Below are positions 60,694 to 64,000 of a stretch of DNA of 64,000 nt, one piece after another (the first letter of the stretch is position 1; every line of letters begins with the position of its first letter). Source of the stretch: Candidatus Dojkabacteria bacterium (GTDB lineage Bacteria > Patescibacteriota > Dojkabacteria > J137); contig AP024679.1 of NCBI GenBank assembly GCA_025999215.1, positions 433,082-497,081 on the forward strand, written 5' to 3'. Made by a program: the position numbers and the translations under genes. Under the pieces are notes generated by a model. That model was not told where the DNA came from, searched no databases, and saw only the letters and a program-made list of their open reading frames with translations.

Positions 60694-61314
60694 ATGAGCG
60701 AGCACGTTAAGAAAACATATCTTCTTGTGATTTTTGTATTGCCAATGATTATACTTATACTACTACTTATTATTGGTGGGGAAGACACCCATGATCACAA
60801 AGTAGAGGTGTTTGATCAAATCTATATCCCCTCCATGGTTTTGGAAGTAGATATAGCTTTCTATTGTACTGTTGAAGGTCCTCCTCCAGAGAAAATGGAG
60901 AAGGATTGGATAGGTACTGTTCAATTCTTGAATGTTAAAGTTAACAAAGTAAGTAAAGAATTGAACATAGAAGAAACGAATATTTTGGATATTTGGTACA
61001 GTGTTGATGTAAACATTGTATCATTTGAACGCATTCAGTTCCCTGATCTAGATCAGGGATCAGAACTCTTCCGCTGTATGCCGGAGGGTTTTGAGTATGA
61101 TCAGGTTGTACAAGATTTCATGGCGTATCGGGTCATGCGAGATCTTTTGAGATCAGATAATGTTGATCTTGAAAGAATAAGAGATGTGAGCCATAGTGTC
61201 ATAATTTGGTATATAAAGACCGAACTGAAAAGGCTCGGTCGAATCATAGGGTTGGTGTATAGAGGACAGGTGTTAAATTACAATAAACCAACACCTACTC
61301 TATGGTTAAATTAG
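60694..61314 (+). CDS. Hypothetical N-anchored protein (206 aa) of atypical composition (higher GC, strong AAAGGAG SD).
   Basis: The ORF is intact. It is preceded by an extended -10 promoter (TGTTATAAT) and followed by a 13 bp perfect inverted repeat (61321-61365). Confidence 0.5.
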   Translation: MSEHVKKTYLLVIFVLPMIILILLLIIGGEDTHDHKVEVFDQIYIPSMVLEVDIAFYCTVEGPPPEKMEKDWIGTVQFLNVKVNKVSKELNIEETNILDIWYSVDVNIVSFERIQFPDLDQGSELFRCMPEGFEYDQVVQDFMAYRVMRDLLRSDNVDLERIRDVSHSVIIWYIKTELKRLGRIIGLVYRGQVLNYNKPTPTLWLN

Positions 61315-61547
61315 TATACATGATGAATCCTATGTTTATTTTATCATAGGATTCATCACAAAGTTTTCCTTGCAGAAAAATAGTTTTGTTGATTAAATTA
61401 AGATTTTTGCTTAATTTTTTTTAAACAAAAAATTATCAATGGTCAAAAACAAGATGTGATATTTACAATGTTTGTGCACAAACAATTATCATTGATGATT
61501 TTATGGTATAATTAAAAGGATTGCGAAAGTACAGACAAGGAGCAATT

Positions 61548-61772
61548 ATGGAGCTGCTGATTGGTTCTTTACAAATTTTGGGAGCATTTCCGATTGCATT
61601 CCTGAACATGGTGAACTCAATTTTTATTATCGTCCTTGCAACAATTTTAATATCAGTGGGTTTTATTACAAACACACTGATTTTAATCGATGTAGGTAGT
61701 TTGCTGTTTGCTACAGCAATAGCAATTTACTTACTATTTTGGTTACTATATGTAGTAACCAAAGCAAAATAA
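61548..61772 (+). CDS. Small membrane protein (roughly 75 aa, 2-3 TM).
   Basis: MELLIGSLQILGAFPIAF...LLFWLLYVVTKAK is preceded by an AAGGAG SD. A strong terminator follows. Confidence 0.45.
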   Translation: MELLIGSLQILGAFPIAFLNMVNSIFIIVLATILISVGFITNTLILIDVGSLLFATAIAIYLLFWLLYVVTKAK

Positions 61773-61782
61773 AAATCATAAG

Positions 61783-61810
61783 CCCCTTCGGGGGCTTTTT
61801 TTCTTTTTTT
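61783..61810 (+). terminator. Rho-independent terminator.
   Basis: AAGCCCCTTCGGGGGCTTTTTTTC forms a GC stem with a TTCG loop and a T-tract. Confidence 0.8.
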
Positions 61811-61933
61811 AATCTTTCATTTATAAAATTTTTTAAATTAAATTTAAAGCTAATTTTTTAATTTTTATTAATTTGTTTTAACTTAAAATGTTTTTATTAA
61901 TTTCCTAATGATTTTATTGTATAATGAATTTAT

Positions 61934-62007
61934 GGTGTGGTAGCCAAGTGGTTTAAGGCGAGGGTCTGCAAAACCCTTATGCGCGGGTTCGAATCCCGCT
62001 CACACCT
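61934..62007 (+). tRNA. tRNA-Cys (anticodon GCA), U73 discriminator. No encoded CCA.
   Basis: Acceptor GGTGTGG/TCACACC, anticodon stem AGGGT/ACCCT with loop CTGCAAA, and T arm GCGGG-TTCGAAT-CCCGC. Confidence 0.8.
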
Positions 62008-62008
62008 T

Positions 62009-62665
62009 TTAATTTTTCTGATCCCAAAGAAAACCTGTGTTGGTGATATACAAATTGTAGGTTTGTGGAGTGTTTAATACAAATTGACCGGGAACTGATA
62101 GCTGGGTTGTATCAATGAAAAAATTGTAAATTTTAGATTTAAAGGAATCTTTTGATAAATTTTCACTCAAATCTTTCCATGTTGCATCAATTCCACCGTT
62201 TAGATCGTAGTTTGAGAATTGCATTTGAATTTCATTTTTGTTAATTTCTTTTTCATTATCAATGTTGTACCTTCCGAATATTTTGGCAACTTTATAAATC
62301 GTTTTAAAATCAAGCAAAATTAAATTGTCTTTAAATTTTATAATTGGACCACCAATGTGAATGCTATCGCCGTACACTTTAAACTCTTGTTCACTTGCCT
62401 CCTCTACCCTAGTTTCATCTTTAAAAAAAATTCTTGCTAGAGCTGATTGATTTTTGATAGGTTTATATTTTACTATTGCAAATTCTCCATTTTCATCTTG
62501 TCTCAATTCTGAGATACTAACTTCAGCAACTAAAGTTTTATCAGTGAAAACCTGATAAGTACGAAGCCAAATGCCTACAAAGCTTGTTGCAGAAATTAAC
62601 AAACAAGCAAACAAAAAAAGACTTAGCAAAATTAAAGATAGAATTATTTTATTTAAAGTTTTCAT
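62009..62665 (-). CDS. Hypothetical N-anchored secreted protein (218 aa).
   Basis: It has a signal-anchor ILSLILLSLFLFACLLISA. No motif was recognised. Confidence 0.45.
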   Translation of the reverse strand: MKTLNKIILSLILLSLFLFACLLISATSFVGIWLRTYQVFTDKTLVAEVSISELRQDENGEFAIVKYKPIKNQSALARIFFKDETRVEEASEQEFKVYGDSIHIGGPIIKFKDNLILLDFKTIYKVAKIFGRYNIDNEKEINKNEIQMQFSNYDLNGGIDATWKDLSENLSKDSFKSKIYNFFIDTTQLSVPGQFVLNTPQTYNLYITNTGFLWDQKN

Positions 62666-62704
62666 TGTTTAATTATAACTATCAAATGGCACAATTACAA
62701 ATTT

Positions 62705-63232
62705 ATGATAAAATTTTATATGCAAAAATTATCAAAAAAAGAAATTAAAAAAATTTTTAAACATGAGCAAAGAAGCAAATTAATTCATGTGGTTGCAGAA
62801 AATATTCAATATGCCAAAAATGTAGCGAGTATATTTAGAATATGCGATGCTGGAGGAGTTTCAAGACTATATTTAACAGGAATATCGCATACGCCACCAT
62901 TTGGTAAAGAATTGCGGAAAGTATCTCGAAATAAAGAAAAAAGTGTTGAGTGGCATTATTTTGAAAGCTCTGTGAAATTACTTTCTAGTCTCAAAAGTCA
63001 AGGTTTTAAAATAATTGCTATTGAACTTTGTAGAGAGTCTTTTCCTATTCAAGAATTAAGAGACAAAATCAAACCTTTTGATAAAATTTGTCTGGTTGTA
63101 GGTAATGAAGTTTATGGAGTTACTAGTCGTACTTTGGACGTTTGCGACATGGCAACAGTCATTCCAATGTATGGCAAAGGCGCAAGCCTCAATGTAACTA
63201 GTAGCTTAGCAATAGCGCTTTTCAACTCCTAA
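62705..63232 (+). CDS. SpoU/TrmH-family RNA 2'-O-methyltransferase (TrmL-like).
   Basis: The SPOUT motifs LVVGNEVYGV and VIPMYGKGASLNVTSSLAIALF are present. Confidence 0.7.
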   Translation: MIKFYMQKLSKKEIKKIFKHEQRSKLIHVVAENIQYAKNVASIFRICDAGGVSRLYLTGISHTPPFGKELRKVSRNKEKSVEWHYFESSVKLLSSLKSQGFKIIAIELCRESFPIQELRDKIKPFDKICLVVGNEVYGVTSRTLDVCDMATVIPMYGKGASLNVTSSLAIALFNS

Positions 63233-63239
63233 AATTACT

Positions 63240-63683
63240 TTAAAATGGCAAATCATCAGGATCTATAGAATCATCTACAGAATCATCATTATTCGATGTT
63301 GCCTTGGTATCAGAGCTAGATTCTGCTTTGTTTTCATCAGATCCACCTTCGTATCTTGCCACCAAAATCACATCGTCAGCATTTACCTCTGTTTTGTATT
63401 GCTTTTGACCTTCACTGTTTTCCCAGCTTCTAGTTTGTAGTCTTCCTTCAATGTAAACTCTGGTGCCTTTTTTTATTCTTTGCGCAAGAGCTTCTGCATT
63501 TCTCCAAACCACAATGTTGTGGTAAGTAACTTCGTTTTCCCATTCATCATTTTTTTTGTAACTTCTGTTGGTTGCTATTCCAAAGTTTAAAACAGCGCTT
63601 CCGCTAGGTGTAAATCTCAAATCAGGCTCATTGGTTACATTCCCCATTAAAATTACTTTGTTGACGTCTCCGAACATGCTCAT
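63240..63683 (-). CDS. ssb: Single-stranded DNA-binding protein.
   Basis: It has an OB-fold (NKVILMGNVTNEPDLRFTPSGSAVLNFGIATNR...WHNIVVW) and an acidic tail ending DDLPF. Confidence 0.9.
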   Translation of the reverse strand: MSMFGDVNKVILMGNVTNEPDLRFTPSGSAVLNFGIATNRSYKKNDEWENEVTYHNIVVWRNAEALAQRIKKGTRVYIEGRLQTRSWENSEGQKQYKTEVNADDVILVARYEGGSDENKAESSSDTKATSNNDDSVDDSIDPDDLPF

Positions 63684-63779
63684 TTTTTAAAATTAATAAA
63701 TATTTACTTATTATAGTTTTTTTTGATTAAAATGTAAAACTTAAAAATTCTAAAAAAATTTAAATGTTATAATCAAAAT

Positions 63780-64000
63780 ATGAGTTTAATTCTTCCAAAA
63801 AATTACAAAGGTGTTGTCAAACAAGTGATTAGACCAACTGGGCTTTTGGATCCATTGGTTGAGGTCAGGCCAACCATGCCTGAAACTTTTGACAAACTTA
63901 AATTATCTTTACGAGAAAATGGATATGAAGACATGCCCACCTACAAAAAAACAACATGGTTAAAACCACAAATTCCTGATTTAATCGAAGAAATTGAAAA
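63780..64000 (+). CDS. uvrB: Excinuclease ABC subunit B, C-terminal portion (3' truncated by the window). It has its own ATG and an extended -10 promoter.
   Basis: [32 protein letters not shown] matches UvrB ...[23 protein letters not shown], exactly where the 14.7-16.0 kb copy breaks off. TGTTATAAT lies 9 nt upstream of the ATG. Confidence 0.8.
   Translation, partial: [73 protein letters not shown]

Noticed and set aside
61043-61058. A 16 bp perfect palindrome CCTGATCTAGATCAGG inside the 206-aa ORF.
   Set aside because: It is a single occurrence within coding sequence. It could be a binding site but is equally likely chance, since it contains two GATC and a CTAG. It is noted under the cassette finding only.
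1-64000. CRISPR arrays, rRNA genes, reverse transcriptase/DGR, integrase and transposase.
   Set aside because: The sequence was scanned for regularly spaced short repeats, rRNA-like conserved blocks, RT motifs (YxDD) and recombinase motifs. None was found. Apart from the gene-internal repeats listed, the only repeats are the roughly 225 bp promoter duplication and the roughly 290 bp paralogue repeat.

Overview
This is a 64 kb AT-rich (roughly 30% GC) bacterial window with short intergenic spacers. It carries a compact, streamlined gene set (minimal translation and repair genes, AdoCbl-dependent RNR, many secreted/membrane ORFans) that I infer, without being able to verify, is typical of small-genome, possibly CPR/Patescibacteria-like, bacteria. 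I can support about 55 coding regions. They include rplT-rpmI-infC preceded by a ThrRS-like gene, clpP, the murA-murB-mutL operon, and nth, uvrB, alaS, a DUF368 gene, a P-type ATPase and a PduO-type adenosyltransferase. Also present are an ATP-dependent DNA ligase, uvrC, mraY, a class II (B12) ribonucleotide reductase nrdJ with nrdR, an Mpl/MurC-like ligase, an SPFH protein, ung, tgt, gpmI, a DHH phosphoesterase, a SpoU methylase and ssb. There are four tRNAs (Val-GAC, Phe-GAA, Val-TAC, Cys-GCA) and no rRNA or CRISPR array. The most striking observation is that uvrB is physically split: the N-terminal roughly 415 codons lie at 14.7-16.0 kb and the matching C-terminal part restarts at 63.78 kb on the same strand, about 47.8 kb downstream. 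Second, a 5 kb stretch (14.0-18.9 kb) carries 10 or more frameshifts across nth, uvrB, a DUF368 gene and alaS, while the rest of the window is clean. Third, a 674-aa 'APKEAAP'-repeat protein sits between two copies of a roughly 225 bp promoter/leader repeat, one of which still carries a murA 5' remnant. Fourth, the ThrRS homologue at the canonical thrS position appears to have degenerate catalytic motifs. Fifth, two paralogous secreted proteins share a near-identical C-terminal two-TM domain next to a large polytopic TrbL/VirB6-like membrane protein. Sixth, the nrdR-nrdJ promoter carries NrdR-box-like palindromes. Seventh, there is a GC-richer non-coding element beside a 17 bp perfect hairpin, and a compositionally atypical two-gene cassette beside tRNA-Cys. 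All calls come from reading the sequence and translations by eye. No database searches were run, and coordinates of manually placed features may be off by 1-2 nt.
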